Of a DNA stretch of 22,986 nucleotides, positions 1 to 8,406 are shown in pieces. The DNA comes from a virus: the IMG/VR virus record IMGVR_UViG_3300035694_000088; one strand, 5' to 3'. The notes beneath the pieces are model-generated. The model searched no databases, was not told the DNA's origin, and saw nothing but the letters and a program-made list of their open reading frames with translations. Position 1 is the first letter of the stretch. Each line of letters starts with the position of its first letter. The position numbers were made by a program, and so were the translations under genes.

Positions 1-552
1 ACCCAACAAACGCGGAATCGGGCCAGCCACCGTCGCGACACTCGACACCACACCGCTCAACAATCCCGCCGAGGCCGAGCCCACACCCGGCAACGACACC
101 CCGCCCGCCCGTGCGCCCCCCCGGCCTCGCGCGCACAGCAACACCACCCCCACCAAAACCACCAACGGCAGCGCCCCCGACGCCACCGCCACACCAGAAG
201 CCACCGCCCCGAACACCGAGCTCACCACGGCGTAAACCGCATACCCCAGCAGGCCCGCGATCCCCGCACCCACCAGCGTGCCAGCGGTGATCAACCCGTA
301 CATCACATAATCGCTGCCGGTGAGCTGCACCCGGTCGGTGTCACCGTCGACCGGCGCAATCGGCACCGGCACGGCCACCGCTGGCACCGGTGCGCGCACA
401 GGGGACGCCACCGGGGCAGGTGCGGCCACCGGGGCAGGCCCGGCGACATCAGGCGCGGCCATAGGCGGAAACATCTCCGCCACCGTGTCCGGAATAGCTA
501 CCAACAGATCATCCGACTCCGCTGGCCGCTTAACCTCAATAGGCTCATCCAC
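1..552 (-). CDS. Pro/Ala/Val-rich membrane protein, partial (runs off window start)
   Basis: Manually translated: GGAGG RBS (565-561), GTG at 552, MDEPIEVKRPAESDDLLVAIP...APAPVA... then hydrophobic segments (YVMYGLITAGTLVGAGIAGLLGYAVY; ALPLVVLVGVVLLC). Open to base 1. Not in ORF track. Confidence 0.7.
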   Translation of the reverse strand, partial: MDEPIEVKRPAESDDLLVAIPDTVAEMFPPMAAPDVAGPAPVAAPAPVASPVRAPVPAVAVPVPIAPVDGDTDRVQLTGSDYVMYGLITAGTLVGAGIAGLLGYAVYAVVSSVFGAVASGVAVASGALPLVVLVGVVLLCARGRGGARAGGVSLPGVGSASAGLLSGVVSSVATVAGPIPRLLG

Positions 553-952
553 CCGCACTACCTCCCACACCATCAGCGGACGACCGGATCTCGGCGTCCG
601 CACCACTCGCCGCCTTGCGTTGCGCCATCACACGACGCTGCGACGGCGTCGCCACCCCCAACTCCACACACCCCGCCGTCGTGATCCACACCCGCTGGCC
701 CGCCTGCGAATCCCCCGACTTCCCACCCGAATACGGCGGCACCCGACCCACCGGGGCCACCGCGATCCAGTCGTTGCGGATGCACGTGTTGATCGTGTCC
801 AAGTGATACGCACACAACCGCGCCAAAGACTTGTTCGAGTTGTCCTCCGTGACCACCAGGGCCCGGCCACCCGACCGGGTCGCCACCACGTAGCACGGCC
901 ACGGCCAGCGCCACGACAACCGCGACAGCAAGTCCCGATGAACCCGCCTCAT
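545..952 (-). CDS. hypothetical protein (135 aa, MRRVHRDLLSRL...)
   Basis: ATG at 952 overlaps the upstream stop (ATGA); part of the leftward operon. Confidence 0.65.
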   Translation of the reverse strand: MRRVHRDLLSRLSWRWPWPCYVVATRSGGRALVVTEDNSNKSLARLCAYHLDTINTCIRNDWIAVAPVGRVPPYSGGKSGDSQAGQRVWITTAGCVELGVATPSQRRVMAQRKAASGADAEIRSSADGVGGSAGG

Positions 953-1383
953 GACTGCCCCCCTCGAACCGCTGGTCGCGCACATACCAGTGGACACGGG
1001 CCCCCCGTCTCCCGTTCTTGATCAGCGATGTGAACCTCCTCTTGATGAGCGCAGTAGGCGTCAGCGGCGTCAGCGGTGTGAACCGTGGGCGCCAGGCCAT
1101 ACGCATGTCGAATGAACACGTCCGTGATTCCACAGTCGTACGTCGTGACCGGCGCCGCACCTGGCCGAGTCGTTACGCACACCTCGTGCTCCCTCGTGAC
1201 GTTGAGCGCGCAGTCCCGTATCGTTCGCGGATCCGGCTCGCCCTCCACCGAAGTGCAGACAGTCCGCACGCGGCCGTCCACATCCGTTACTGAGCATGCT
1301 TCGGAGCCGGGGGTCGACGGCACCGCGCACGAAGCACTCACCAAGGCGACCGCCAAGAAGACACCGGCAAGTAATCGTCGCAC
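949..1383 (-). CDS. putative Cys-rich lipoprotein (144 aa)
   Basis: GAGGAG RBS 6 nt before GTG 1383; MRRLLAGVFLAVALVSAS-C signal with lipobox-like Cys; six further Cys. Confidence 0.65.
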   Translation of the reverse strand: MRRLLAGVFLAVALVSASCAVPSTPGSEACSVTDVDGRVRTVCTSVEGEPDPRTIRDCALNVTREHEVCVTTRPGAAPVTTYDCGITDVFIRHAYGLAPTVHTADAADAYCAHQEEVHIADQERETGGPCPLVCARPAVRGGQS

Positions 1384-1418
1384 CCGCACCTCCTCGTCCC
1401 GGAACATCGCACAGCCTA

Positions 1419-2618
1419 TCACTGCGCGGGCGCGCGCCACGGCCACGCACCCGCATCACCCAAATCCGGCAGCAACCCACCCGGCATCTCCGTACGCAAC
1501 TGTGGCAGGCGACCCCGCTGCATCAACGAACACACCGCATCCGCCCCCTGCACCCACGCCGGGGCCTCCCGCTCCACATGCGCAGCCCAATCGAACGGCA
1601 CCAACAGATACCCCGCCCGGCGCGGCGCCGACGCCGCCACAGCCAACGCCACAGCCACCCGAGTCAACACCCACAAAAACACATCCGCCTGCGCCGTCGA
1701 CAACCTCCACGCCGTCGGAAACGGAACCGCCCCCCGACGCTCCGAACTACCCCACGCCGAAAAAATCGGCCACCACCGGTGCACATCCAACGACCGGTCC
1801 ACCACCGGCCCACCCACCTGCACACACGGCTGCAACTCACCCTTACTCGCCGCCACCCGAATCACCTCACTATCCGGGTCACCCGGCATGATCGCCTCAC
1901 CCAACGCCACCAGCAACGCCAACGGGCCAGACACCGCCTCGACCGGTGCATGCGTCGCCGCCGCCTGCGCGATCTTCATAAACGCCACCGCAGCCGCACT
2001 ACGCCCCAAACGGTTCGCATACAACGCCGACACCGACATCGGCGCATCCCCCCCCTGACCGGTCACCAACGGGATCTGCCACACCCGCGCCGCCACCGCC
2101 AACGTCCGGCCATCCACCCGAGTAGAACCCACCCCGATCTCAAGCCCGACCGCCGCCCACGCCGCCAAGATCTCTTGCGCCCGCACCCGCAACGCGTCGA
2201 CCAGCTCCGTGCGCTCACGCAGAGTCGACGCCGACAGCTCAACGGTCGCCATCGGCCCCTCACCCGTAGGACCCCACGCGGACACCAGGTCCATCAGATC
2301 CGGGTAACCCAACTGGCACAGCCCCCCGCGCACCGCGTCGACCAGGTCGGGACTGCGCATCGCGTCTATCACCGCCTTGGGTGGGCGGCCTTTCAGCCGG
2401 GCCAGGCCGTCCGGCACGTCGTAGATCGAACCCACATCGAGGCTGGTCAGCAGGTCGACCGCCGCTTTGTGAATGCGGTCAGCCACCCAGGGGGTGTCCT
2501 GCGGTACCGCGCTGGTGACGAAGCCGAGGGCTCCGCCCTTGAGGGCACGGACGGGCGGCTGGGTGAGTAGGGCTGTCAGGTTGCGGCCGAAGTCACTCTC
2601 TGTCATGTTGATCATCAC
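1419..2618 (-). CDS. hypothetical protein (399 aa), first gene of the leftward operon
   Basis: Long ORF with GAGGAG RBS upstream of GTG/ATG; no recognised motif. Confidence 0.8.
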   Translation of the reverse strand: MMINMTESDFGRNLTALLTQPPVRALKGGALGFVTSAVPQDTPWVADRIHKAAVDLLTSLDVGSIYDVPDGLARLKGRPPKAVIDAMRSPDLVDAVRGGLCQLGYPDLMDLVSAWGPTGEGPMATVELSASTLRERTELVDALRVRAQEILAAWAAVGLEIGVGSTRVDGRTLAVAARVWQIPLVTGQGGDAPMSVSALYANRLGRSAAAVAFMKIAQAAATHAPVEAVSGPLALLVALGEAIMPGDPDSEVIRVAASKGELQPCVQVGGPVVDRSLDVHRWWPIFSAWGSSERRGAVPFPTAWRLSTAQADVFLWVLTRVAVALAVAASAPRRAGYLLVPFDWAAHVEREAPAWVQGADAVCSLMQRGRLPQLRTEMPGGLLPDLGDAGAWPWRAPAQ

Positions 2619-2924
2619 TCGATACTCCTCAGTAACTTAACCGTTGTCCCTATATCTACGAACACGGCTAGTTGTGGTTGTGGTGGTTGCTTACTGTGCG
2701 TACTTCAGTCGGGTCTAGCTGGGCACTTGCCGGAGACAGGGCGACTATAGCATGCGTGTGCGGCTAGGGGTCGGGAGGGCGACGCGACCTTCCGGGACGG
2801 GTGTAAAATCCGCGTAAGATCAAACTCAATGGAAGCAGATGAAGCCTAACCGTCCGCTACAGGCTACCTAGCCGCTCTAACTTTTTCAGAAGGGTTACAG
2901 GAGGATTTTTTTCGGGCTCAAAAC

Positions 2925-3050
2925 GCCATCTAACGAACGGTATTACCTCCCTAGTTGCCCCAGCGGAGGAGGTCCACAAGGTTTCAGGGCCCGAAAGGGG
3001 TAAACCGGCCGCGCGGGCAGTTGGGGAGGTAATACCCCTCGTTAAACGGC
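2925..3050. repeat. 36-bp imperfect inverted repeat enclosing a GAAA-tetraloop hairpin (structured RNA or origin/packaging-type site)
   Basis: Arms 2925-2960 and 3015-3050 match at 29/36, including a perfect GGTATTACCTCCC/GGGAGGTAATACC core; inner GGTTT..CCC-GAAA-GGG..AAACC. Confidence 0.85.
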
Positions 3051-3158
3051 ATCTGGGAGACTTTTCCTCCAAGATCATCTCTAAAGAAGGTGCTTATATA
3101 GAGAGACACCGCCCCGAATCGCCAACTAGGATCGCCGCTGTTTGATCTTCACCGGCGC

Positions 3159-3164
3159 TACCCT
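3159..3164 (+). promoter_or_regulatory. -10 element (TACCCT) for a probable leaderless transcript
   Basis: TANNNT hexamer 6 nt before GTG 3171, which has no SD; typical actinobacterial leaderless geometry. Confidence 0.5.
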
Positions 3165-3170
3165 GCCCCC

Positions 3171-3737
3171 GTGCCCAACTTCGACCACATCGCCGAGGAG
3201 TTCAGCGCCCTACGCGCCAAACGCGCAGCCCTGACCACCCAGGCGCAAGCCTGGACGGGCGGCCAGGGCATCGACGAGTTCGGCACGTTCGACAACTCGG
3301 CCCCCGTCGACGGCGATCAGATCGGCTCGATCTACGCCCGGCTGGTCGCCCTATCGGTGCAACGCCTACGCGTGCTGTCCGACCAGCTCGCCCAGGCCTA
3401 CGTCGAGCACGGCCGCGACGCTCTGGTGATGGAGACCAAGACCTACAACCCCGCCACCGAGGAACTGGAGGTCACCGGGGAGCAGATCACCGCCCTGGCG
3501 CAACTGGAGGGCAAGGAACGTGACCGGCTGGAGCGGTTGTTGACGGTGGCGGTGCGCCTGCAACTGGAGTCGCGCAGTGTGGCGGCGATCGCCAACCACG
3601 GGCTGCGGATGGCGGCGTTGGCGCAGTCGTTGTGCGAAGAGGCCGGGTTGGACTGGGCGGACAGCGACACGCGGCGTCTGGCGCAGCGGGCGATCCTCAA
3701 CGCTGAGGAGCGGGTGGTCAAGGCGCAGGGCCGGTGA
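3171..3737 (+). CDS. helical protein resembling the C-terminal part of putative actinophage terminase small subunits
   Basis: Motif TGEQITALAQLEGKERDRLERLLTVAVRLQLESR resembles a GE..R.L..LE..ERDR family recalled from actinomycete prophages; not verified. Confidence 0.45.
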   Translation: MPNFDHIAEEFSALRAKRAALTTQAQAWTGGQGIDEFGTFDNSAPVDGDQIGSIYARLVALSVQRLRVLSDQLAQAYVEHGRDALVMETKTYNPATEELEVTGEQITALAQLEGKERDRLERLLTVAVRLQLESRSVAAIANHGLRMAALAQSLCEEAGLDWADSDTRRLAQRAILNAEERVVKAQGR

Positions 3738-3745
3738 TCGGGGAC

Positions 3746-3777
3746 GTGTAACGATTCCCTGGTGGCGCGCGATAAAC
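3746..3777 (+). promoter_or_regulatory. SigD-type ECF promoter, copy 1 (GTAACG-N17-GAT)
   Basis: GTAACG 3748-3753, GAT 3771-3773; shares GTGTAACGA-N6-GGTGGCGCGCGATAAAC with 4060-4091. Confidence 0.65.
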
Positions 3778-3817
3778 CTGATGTAAGGCACACACCACCA
3801 GCCGTCAGGAGAATCCG

Positions 3818-4009
3818 ATGCTCACCCTCACCGACTCGATGCCCGAGAGCTTCACCGGCCGCGTGGCGGGCACCGTCGACTTCCGGATGGAAGACGAGGA
3901 TGGTCGGGAGCGCTACTACCGTCAGGCGTGGGACTTCGTTGGTGGCCGGATGGTCGGCTCCGGTGTGATGCGTTCAAGCGCGGTGCTCTACCGCACCGAC
4001 GTGTGCTGA
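3818..4009 (+). CDS. hypothetical protein (63 aa)
   Basis: AGGAG RBS, ATG, followed by a terminator. Confidence 0.75.
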   Translation: MLTLTDSMPESFTGRVAGTVDFRMEDEDGRERYYRQAWDFVGGRMVGSGVMRSSAVLYRTDVC

Positions 4010-4023
4010 CCGGGTCTTCCCGG

Positions 4024-4050
4024 AACCCCCGCCGTAGCGGGGGTTTCGTC
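4024..4050 (+). terminator. intrinsic terminator
   Basis: AACCCCCGC-CGTA-GCGGGGGTT stem followed by TCGTCGTGT. Confidence 0.75.
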
Positions 4051-4059
4051 GTGTCAGGG

Positions 4060-4091
4060 GTGTAACGAACTTCGGGTGGCGCGCGATAAAC
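4060..4091 (+). promoter_or_regulatory. SigD-type ECF promoter, copy 2
   Basis: GTAACG 4062-4067, N17, GAT 4085-4087; SD-less ATG 8 nt downstream. Confidence 0.65.
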
Positions 4092-4095
4092 GGGT

Positions 4096-4212
4096 ATGAA
4101 CGCACGCACCGCACGCACCGAAGCCCTCGCCGACATCCTCGCCGCCCAGTACGTCCTGGCCATCTCCCTGATCCTGATGGCCGTCGTGCTGGTGGCCGCC
4201 GCCGCACTCTGA
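4096..4212 (+). CDS. 38-aa single-TM peptide, probably leaderless
   Basis: MNARTARTEALADILAAQYVLAISLILMAVVLVAAAAL; below the ORF-track cutoff; high-GC3 codons. Confidence 0.6.
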   Translation: MNARTARTEALADILAAQYVLAISLILMAVVLVAAAAL

Positions 4213-4218
4213 CACAGT

Positions 4219-4242
4219 GTGGTAGCCTTCCCCTTGTTCCGG
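4219..4242 (+). promoter_or_regulatory. extended -10 + GTTCCGG box, copy 1
   Basis: GTGG-TAGCCT-TCCCCT-TGTTCCGG upstream of ATG 4269. Confidence 0.75.
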
Positions 4243-4268
4243 ACCCGAGTCTGAAAGTTGAGACCGCC

Positions 4269-4487
4269 ATGACTGCCGCACAGATCAACTCCGCGCTCGC
4301 CACCCGCCGCGTCGTCCGCATCGCCTACTCCCGCGACACCGACCGCTACCGCGTCGACGTCGTCCTGGGCGCCAACATCCAATACACCATCGCCATCGGT
4401 CTCGCCGACGAGGTCACCGCCGAAGCCTTCGCCACCAACGCGGCGCAGGCGTTCGGGCTTGATGTGACCCGACTGGACGTCGCGTGA
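4269..4487 (+). CDS. hypothetical protein (72 aa)
   Basis: First ORF after the motif; GTGA overlap with the next gene. Confidence 0.75.
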   Translation: MTAAQINSALATRRVVRIAYSRDTDRYRVDVVLGANIQYTIAIGLADEVTAEAFATNAAQAFGLDVTRLDVA

Positions 4488-4837
4488 GCCCACAGTCACG
4501 CATGTACCGGCGCGGGGTCGCACCGCCGTCCCAGGTCGTCATAGACGCCCCCACGGAGGCGCAGATCGTCGAAGCGTTGACCAGCAAGGCCGAGATCATC
4601 GCCGCCCTTGCCCGCGACGCGGGCTACACCCTGCGCGGTCAGGACACCACCGGTGCCACCGTGCGCCTAACGTTCTCCCACGAGGCGCAGACGGGGTTCG
4701 TGTGGGAGTTCGACACGTGGGGCCGCCCGATGTGCGAAGTCACCGACGGCACGGTCCCCCTGGACGAGGCGGACGATCTCGCGCGGCTCTACGCGGCGGC
4801 CCGTGGCCTGCCGGTGTCAAGGGTGGATGTGCCATGA
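4484..4837 (+). CDS. hypothetical protein (117 aa)
   Basis: Coupled by overlaps at both ends. Confidence 0.7.
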   Translation: MSPQSRMYRRGVAPPSQVVIDAPTEAQIVEALTSKAEIIAALARDAGYTLRGQDTTGATVRLTFSHEAQTGFVWEFDTWGRPMCEVTDGTVPLDEADDLARLYAAARGLPVSRVDVP

Positions 4838-5025
4838 CAACCCCGCAACTGCCCTACACGCTGCGGCGCTACTGCGCCAACTGCTGGGAATCACTCACCC
4901 CGGACGGCAAGCACCGGGACGACCAGCCCTGCACGGACCCGAGCGCGCCGCTGTCCTACACCGAGCTCAACGCGGCGATCAAGGAATCACTGCGGTTGAC
5001 GGGGCGCCTGTGGGAGGGGCCGTGA
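4834..5025 (+). CDS. small Cys/His protein (63 aa, CANC..H..C)
   Basis: ATGA overlap; MTTPQLPYTLRRYCANCWESL... Confidence 0.65.
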   Translation: MTTPQLPYTLRRYCANCWESLTPDGKHRDDQPCTDPSAPLSYTELNAAIKESLRLTGRLWEGP

Positions 5026-5330
5026 CCGGCAAGCCACTGCGCACCAACGCCGACTTCCCGGAGCAGCAGGTCGCGGTGGTGGTGTTCGCCACTGTGCGCG
5101 CGGTCGACGCGGCCGACGCGACGGGGCTCGTGGAGTCGGCGGTGCGTAAAGCGTTCCGGGATGTTCCGGGTGACTACGTTGAACCTCACAGCAAGACGAT
5201 CTTCTTTCAACAGGGGAACTGGCAAGTACCGGTGCTGATCAATTCGGTGCGTGAGGTGACACAAGCGGCACTGGGCGGTTACCTGGCGGTACAGCCGACC
5301 GGGAAGGGCTACCCGGAGGCACCCCGATGA
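5022..5330 (+). CDS. hypothetical protein (102 aa)
   Basis: GGAGG RBS, GTGA overlap; MTGKPLRTNADF... Confidence 0.7.
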   Translation: MTGKPLRTNADFPEQQVAVVVFATVRAVDAADATGLVESAVRKAFRDVPGDYVEPHSKTIFFQQGNWQVPVLINSVREVTQAALGGYLAVQPTGKGYPEAPR

Positions 5331-5608
5331 CCGGGCACCGGTGCGCCTGCGACTGCTATCGCGCCCAGGCACGAGCGCGGTCCCTGGACCGTGCGGTCGG
5401 ACTGTGGGGGCTCGCCACGCTCGTCGGCTCGTGCACGCTTTACGCCTACGTGATCCCCGAGTCGTGGCTCGGTCCGTGGGTGTGGCTGCCCGTGCTCATT
5501 ACGTGGGCGTTGGTGGGGTTCGCGCCGGTGTGGGGTTACCGATGGTTGGTGCGCTGGCACGCGGCCCGGTCAGTGGCGGGGGGTGGGGCTCGTGCGCATG
5601 TTCTTTAG
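5327..5608 (+). CDS. 2-TM membrane protein with N-terminal HxCxCxC
   Basis: GGAGG RBS, ATGA overlap, two hydrophobic stretches. Confidence 0.7.
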   Translation: MTGHRCACDCYRAQARARSLDRAVGLWGLATLVGSCTLYAYVIPESWLGPWVWLPVLITWALVGFAPVWGYRWLVRWHAARSVAGGGARAHVL

Positions 5609-5930
5609 CGTCCTGAGAGACCTCCTGCGGGGTGGGCGTGTCTACTACTCCGCCCGCACCCCGCTATGGCCGCTGTGTTTGATTCAGGTGGCTGTCTCCT
5701 ACGCGTGGTGGCGTGGTGTTTACAGCCCGATCCACGACCGGCTCAACATCGTCTTCTGGTATCTCGGGTGGGGCAAAGGACGCTGGAAGGCCCGCGTCGG
5801 CGACATCATCACCGTCCACGACATCCCAGCCGTGGTCGCCGATATCGACCACCGCGCCCTGACCGTGACCACCACCACCGGCGAGCGACACCACCGGCCA
5901 CAATGCTGCGACCCCTGGGTGGCGCCGTGA
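5598..5930 (+). CDS. hypothetical protein (110 aa)
   Basis: Overlaps the upstream stop; MFFSVLRDLL... Confidence 0.6.
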   Translation: MFFSVLRDLLRGGRVYYSARTPLWPLCLIQVAVSYAWWRGVYSPIHDRLNIVFWYLGWGKGRWKARVGDIITVHDIPAVVADIDHRALTVTTTTGERHHRPQCCDPWVAP

Positions 5931-6316
5931 GCCGCCACCGGCCACCCGAGCCACCCCGGGGCGTTTATCCCACCGGCAACCGGCTCACAGAGCCCATCCC
6001 GTCGGTGCCCGAGCTTCAGTCCTACCGCGACCGTCTCCTCGCCTACACGTTCCTGCGCGGCCTGGGTGGTGTCGACGACGGCTGGTACAGCGTCATGCGT
6101 GACCTCGAACGCTCCGAGCAGGCTTTGGACGACGCCCGGTGGCGTCTGGCGTGCGCATCGTGGCGGTGGTGCCGCAAGCTGGACTACCTGGCCCGGACCA
6201 GGCCCGTGGTCGACTGGGAGGCCCGCAAGCTGATCGCCGCCTGGCGCTACCAGGGCGTGATTTCCTCGCCTGGGAAGGCCCTCGCTCTACGACCGAAAAC
6301 GGAGGTGGTCGCATGA
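5927..6316 (+). CDS. hypothetical protein (129 aa)
   Basis: GTGA overlap; MSRHRPPEPPRG... Confidence 0.65.
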   Translation: MSRHRPPEPPRGVYPTGNRLTEPIPSVPELQSYRDRLLAYTFLRGLGGVDDGWYSVMRDLERSEQALDDARWRLACASWRWCRKLDYLARTRPVVDWEARKLIAAWRYQGVISSPGKALALRPKTEVVA

Positions 6317-6720
6317 TCGGCCTACTCGACCTGTCCGAAACCGACCGGCAAACCCTGCTGCGCCTCGTCGACGGGCGCCTCGTGTGGTTCGAGAAACCCC
6401 CCGCGTCCTGGCAGCGCATCGGGGAGCTTTCCGGCTACTCCACCGCCCCAGTGTGGGCGTGGCTGACCCCCGACCGTGATCGGCCCGAGGCGATCCCCGC
6501 ACCGAGTCAGGTCGCTTCGGTCTACCGGCTGCAACACGCCGGGCTGGTGGCCCAAACCCGCCCCAACACTGTGACCGGGCTCACCCGCGCCGGGGCCCGC
6601 GTGGTCGCCGCGCTGCAAGCCGACGGGTGGCAGCCGTTCGATCATCTCGCCCCGGCGGCCGTCGGGAAGCTGACCGCCGTGAAGCGCGCGCCCCGGCCGC
6701 GTAAGCGGCGCGCGTCGTGA
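6313..6720 (+). CDS. hypothetical protein (135 aa), possible winged-helix C-terminal motif
   Basis: GGAGGTG RBS, ATGA overlap; RLQHAGLV...GLTRAGARVV resembles a wHTH wing pattern. Confidence 0.7.
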   Translation: MIGLLDLSETDRQTLLRLVDGRLVWFEKPPASWQRIGELSGYSTAPVWAWLTPDRDRPEAIPAPSQVASVYRLQHAGLVAQTRPNTVTGLTRAGARVVAALQADGWQPFDHLAPAAVGKLTAVKRAPRPRKRRAS

Positions 6721-6821
6721 CCTGGCAGCAATGGGATCGGATCGCCAACATCATCTGGTGGGTGCTGATGGTGGGCGGGCCACTGATGCTGGCCGTGTCC
6801 ATGGTGTGGGTGATCAGGTGA
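6717..6821 (+). CDS. 34-aa single-TM peptide
   Basis: GTGA overlap; MTWQQWDRIANIIWWVLMVGGPLMLAVSMVWVIR. Confidence 0.55.
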   Translation: MTWQQWDRIANIIWWVLMVGGPLMLAVSMVWVIR

Positions 6822-6858
6822 TCGCCGGGTCTCGTTTCGTCAACCGCATCGGAGGATC

Positions 6859-7224
6859 ATGATCATCACAATTGCTGGTCTCATGCTGATTACCGTCTTC
6901 ATCAACCTCGCCGCCCTACCTCGACTGCACCACAATCTGACCGGCGTCAGTCGTGGGTACCTGCGCGCTTGCCGGGCCGTCCTGATTTTGGGAGTGACCC
7001 TGCTCGGTTTGAGCGCCCTGTGGGCGGGATTGGACTGGTGGGGGCACGGTTTCCCGCACACCAACTTCAGCGACTTCACCGACCCGTTCCTGATGGTCGG
7101 CGCGCTGCTATTCATTGATGTGATGCGCCCGCCCGCGTGGCTCAACGACCGCATCGAAGGACTGCGGGTCTTCGCTGGCGCCGTGGAGGACCGATCGGAA
7201 TGGAGCCAACCCAGTGAGCGCTGA
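6859..7224 (+). CDS. multi-pass membrane protein (121 aa)
   Basis: GGAGG RBS; about three hydrophobic segments. Confidence 0.7.
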   Translation: MIITIAGLMLITVFINLAALPRLHHNLTGVSRGYLRACRAVLILGVTLLGLSALWAGLDWWGHGFPHTNFSDFTDPFLMVGALLFIDVMRPPAWLNDRIEGLRVFAGAVEDRSEWSQPSER

Positions 7225-7657
7225 GCGGGAAGACGAGCGTCCCTACGAGCCGCGCCGGTTGCTGCCGTTGGCGACCGGTCTGCTGATTCTGATGCTGCTG
7301 GAGCTGATTTGGGGTGTGCAGTGGCGGTGGTTGGCGACCACCGTCTTGGTGGGGGTTGCGGTGGCTTTGGAGGTTCCGTTCGGTAACCGGCAGCGGCCCG
7401 TCCCGGAGCCGGAGCCGGAGCCGCGCTTGAGTGTGGCACCACCGTCGCCCCCGGTGGCCGGGCCTCCGGTGACGGCGGTGCGGGTACCGGTGCCGGGGGT
7501 GAACCCGCTGTGGGCACCGGGGCAACCGGCGCCGCCTCCGGAGTACTTCGAGTCGCGGGTGGAGTCGGCGCCGCCCGCGTCGCCGCCGTCGTTTTCGCCG
7601 GTCGCGACGCCTCCGGATGTGACGTTGCGGTGGCCGCGCCCGGACCAAACCTCCTAG
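7214..7657 (+). CDS. 2-TM protein with Pro-rich tail
   Basis: GGAG upstream; TM pair then PEPEPEP/Pro-rich region. Confidence 0.7.
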   Translation: MSAEREDERPYEPRRLLPLATGLLILMLLELIWGVQWRWLATTVLVGVAVALEVPFGNRQRPVPEPEPEPRLSVAPPSPPVAGPPVTAVRVPVPGVNPLWAPGQPAPPPEYFESRVESAPPASPPSFSPVATPPDVTLRWPRPDQTS

Positions 7658-7660
7658 TGC

Positions 7661-7684
7661 GTGGTACGGTGGGTGGTGTTCCGA
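7661..7684 (+). promoter_or_regulatory. extended -10 + GTTCCG box, copy 2
   Basis: GTGG-TACGGT-GGGTGG-TGTTCCGA, then GAGGAG and GTG 7703. Confidence 0.7.
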
Positions 7685-7702
7685 CCAACGATGAGGAGAC
7701 CC

Positions 7703-8053
7703 GTGACCACTCGCAAACCCGCCCCACCCGAACGTGACTTTCAGGCCGCCGCCGAACAACCCGAGCAGGCCCTGGCGCGCGCCATCTACGAACGCCAACG
7801 GGAACTCAACGAGATCCACACGGCCGCTGGTGTCCCCGACGGGCTCACCCACGAACAAACCCTGGTGTTCCTGGCCGGGATCGGCGGCAAACTCGACCGC
7901 GTCGCCACCCTCGCGGTCCTGTGGGCTGCCCGCGCCACCCAGGGGGTCACCTTGCCCCCGGACTATCAGCGTGGTCGCGCCGACGCCTACAGCGAAGCCG
8001 TCTCCGAGCTGCGGGCCGCTCTGCGTCACGAAGCTGCGGGCGGCCGGGGGTGA
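7703..8053 (+). CDS. hypothetical protein (116 aa)
   Basis: GAGGAG RBS; MTTRKPAPPERD... Confidence 0.7.
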   Translation: MTTRKPAPPERDFQAAAEQPEQALARAIYERQRELNEIHTAAGVPDGLTHEQTLVFLAGIGGKLDRVATLAVLWAARATQGVTLPPDYQRGRADAYSEAVSELRAALRHEAAGGRG

Positions 8054-8406
8054 AGGCGACCGAGTTCGTCAACGGGATCGAACTACGCCTGGCCGACCGT
8101 GACGGGGGCGGCTACTGGGTTCGGGTCGCTCGCACTGGGCGCACCCTGGGTTACGTGCGTAAGGCCCGCTCCCGGTGGGAGTGGTTCACGTCGTCGAACG
8201 CGTTCCGGGGTGACGGGCGTCCCGGGTTCGAGACCGACGGTAGCGCCGCTGATCGGGTGCCTGGTGAGCTGGCCGGGGCGGGGCGGATATGCACGCGTCG
8301 GGACGCGTGCGAGTGCCTGGTGGATCATTTGAGTGCCTGTAGGGCCCCGGTGTTGGGGTTCGGGCGTCACCCGGATGTGGTCGTGCGAGTGGGGGTGGAT
8401 GCGTGA
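8050..8406 (+). CDS. hypothetical protein (118 aa)
   Basis: GTGA overlap; MKATEFVNGIELRL... Confidence 0.65.
   Translation: MKATEFVNGIELRLADRDGGGYWVRVARTGRTLGYVRKARSRWEWFTSSNAFRGDGRPGFETDGSAADRVPGELAGAGRICTRRDACECLVDHLSACRAPVLGFGRHPDVVVRVGVDA

Noticed and set aside
407-438. Direct repeat GCCACCGGGGCAGG x2; also CCGGAG x3 near 7403 and the 27-nt repeat near 19920-19980
   Set aside because: In-frame low-complexity coding repeats (PAPVA, PEPEPE, SGS.SKPS).
320-2570. Long + strand ORFs 320-1021, 1085-1891 and 1296-2570
   Set aside because: Pro/Arg/His/Thr-rich shadow frames of the minus-strand operon, which has RBSs and overlap coupling.
2857-3078. 73-aa minus-strand ORF across the inverted repeat
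   Set aside because: Atypical low-GC codons, no RBS; better explained as non-coding structure.
4235-4242. GTTC in the box as an actinobacterial LexA site (CGAAC-N4-GTTCG)
   Set aside because: No GAAC half-site 4 nt upstream in the copies and the core is GTTCCG, not GTTCG.
5152-5170. GTTCCGG occurrences inside genes (about 5153, 5163, 8202, 22749)
   Set aside because: No upstream TGN-TANNNT at the right spacing and no following gene start.
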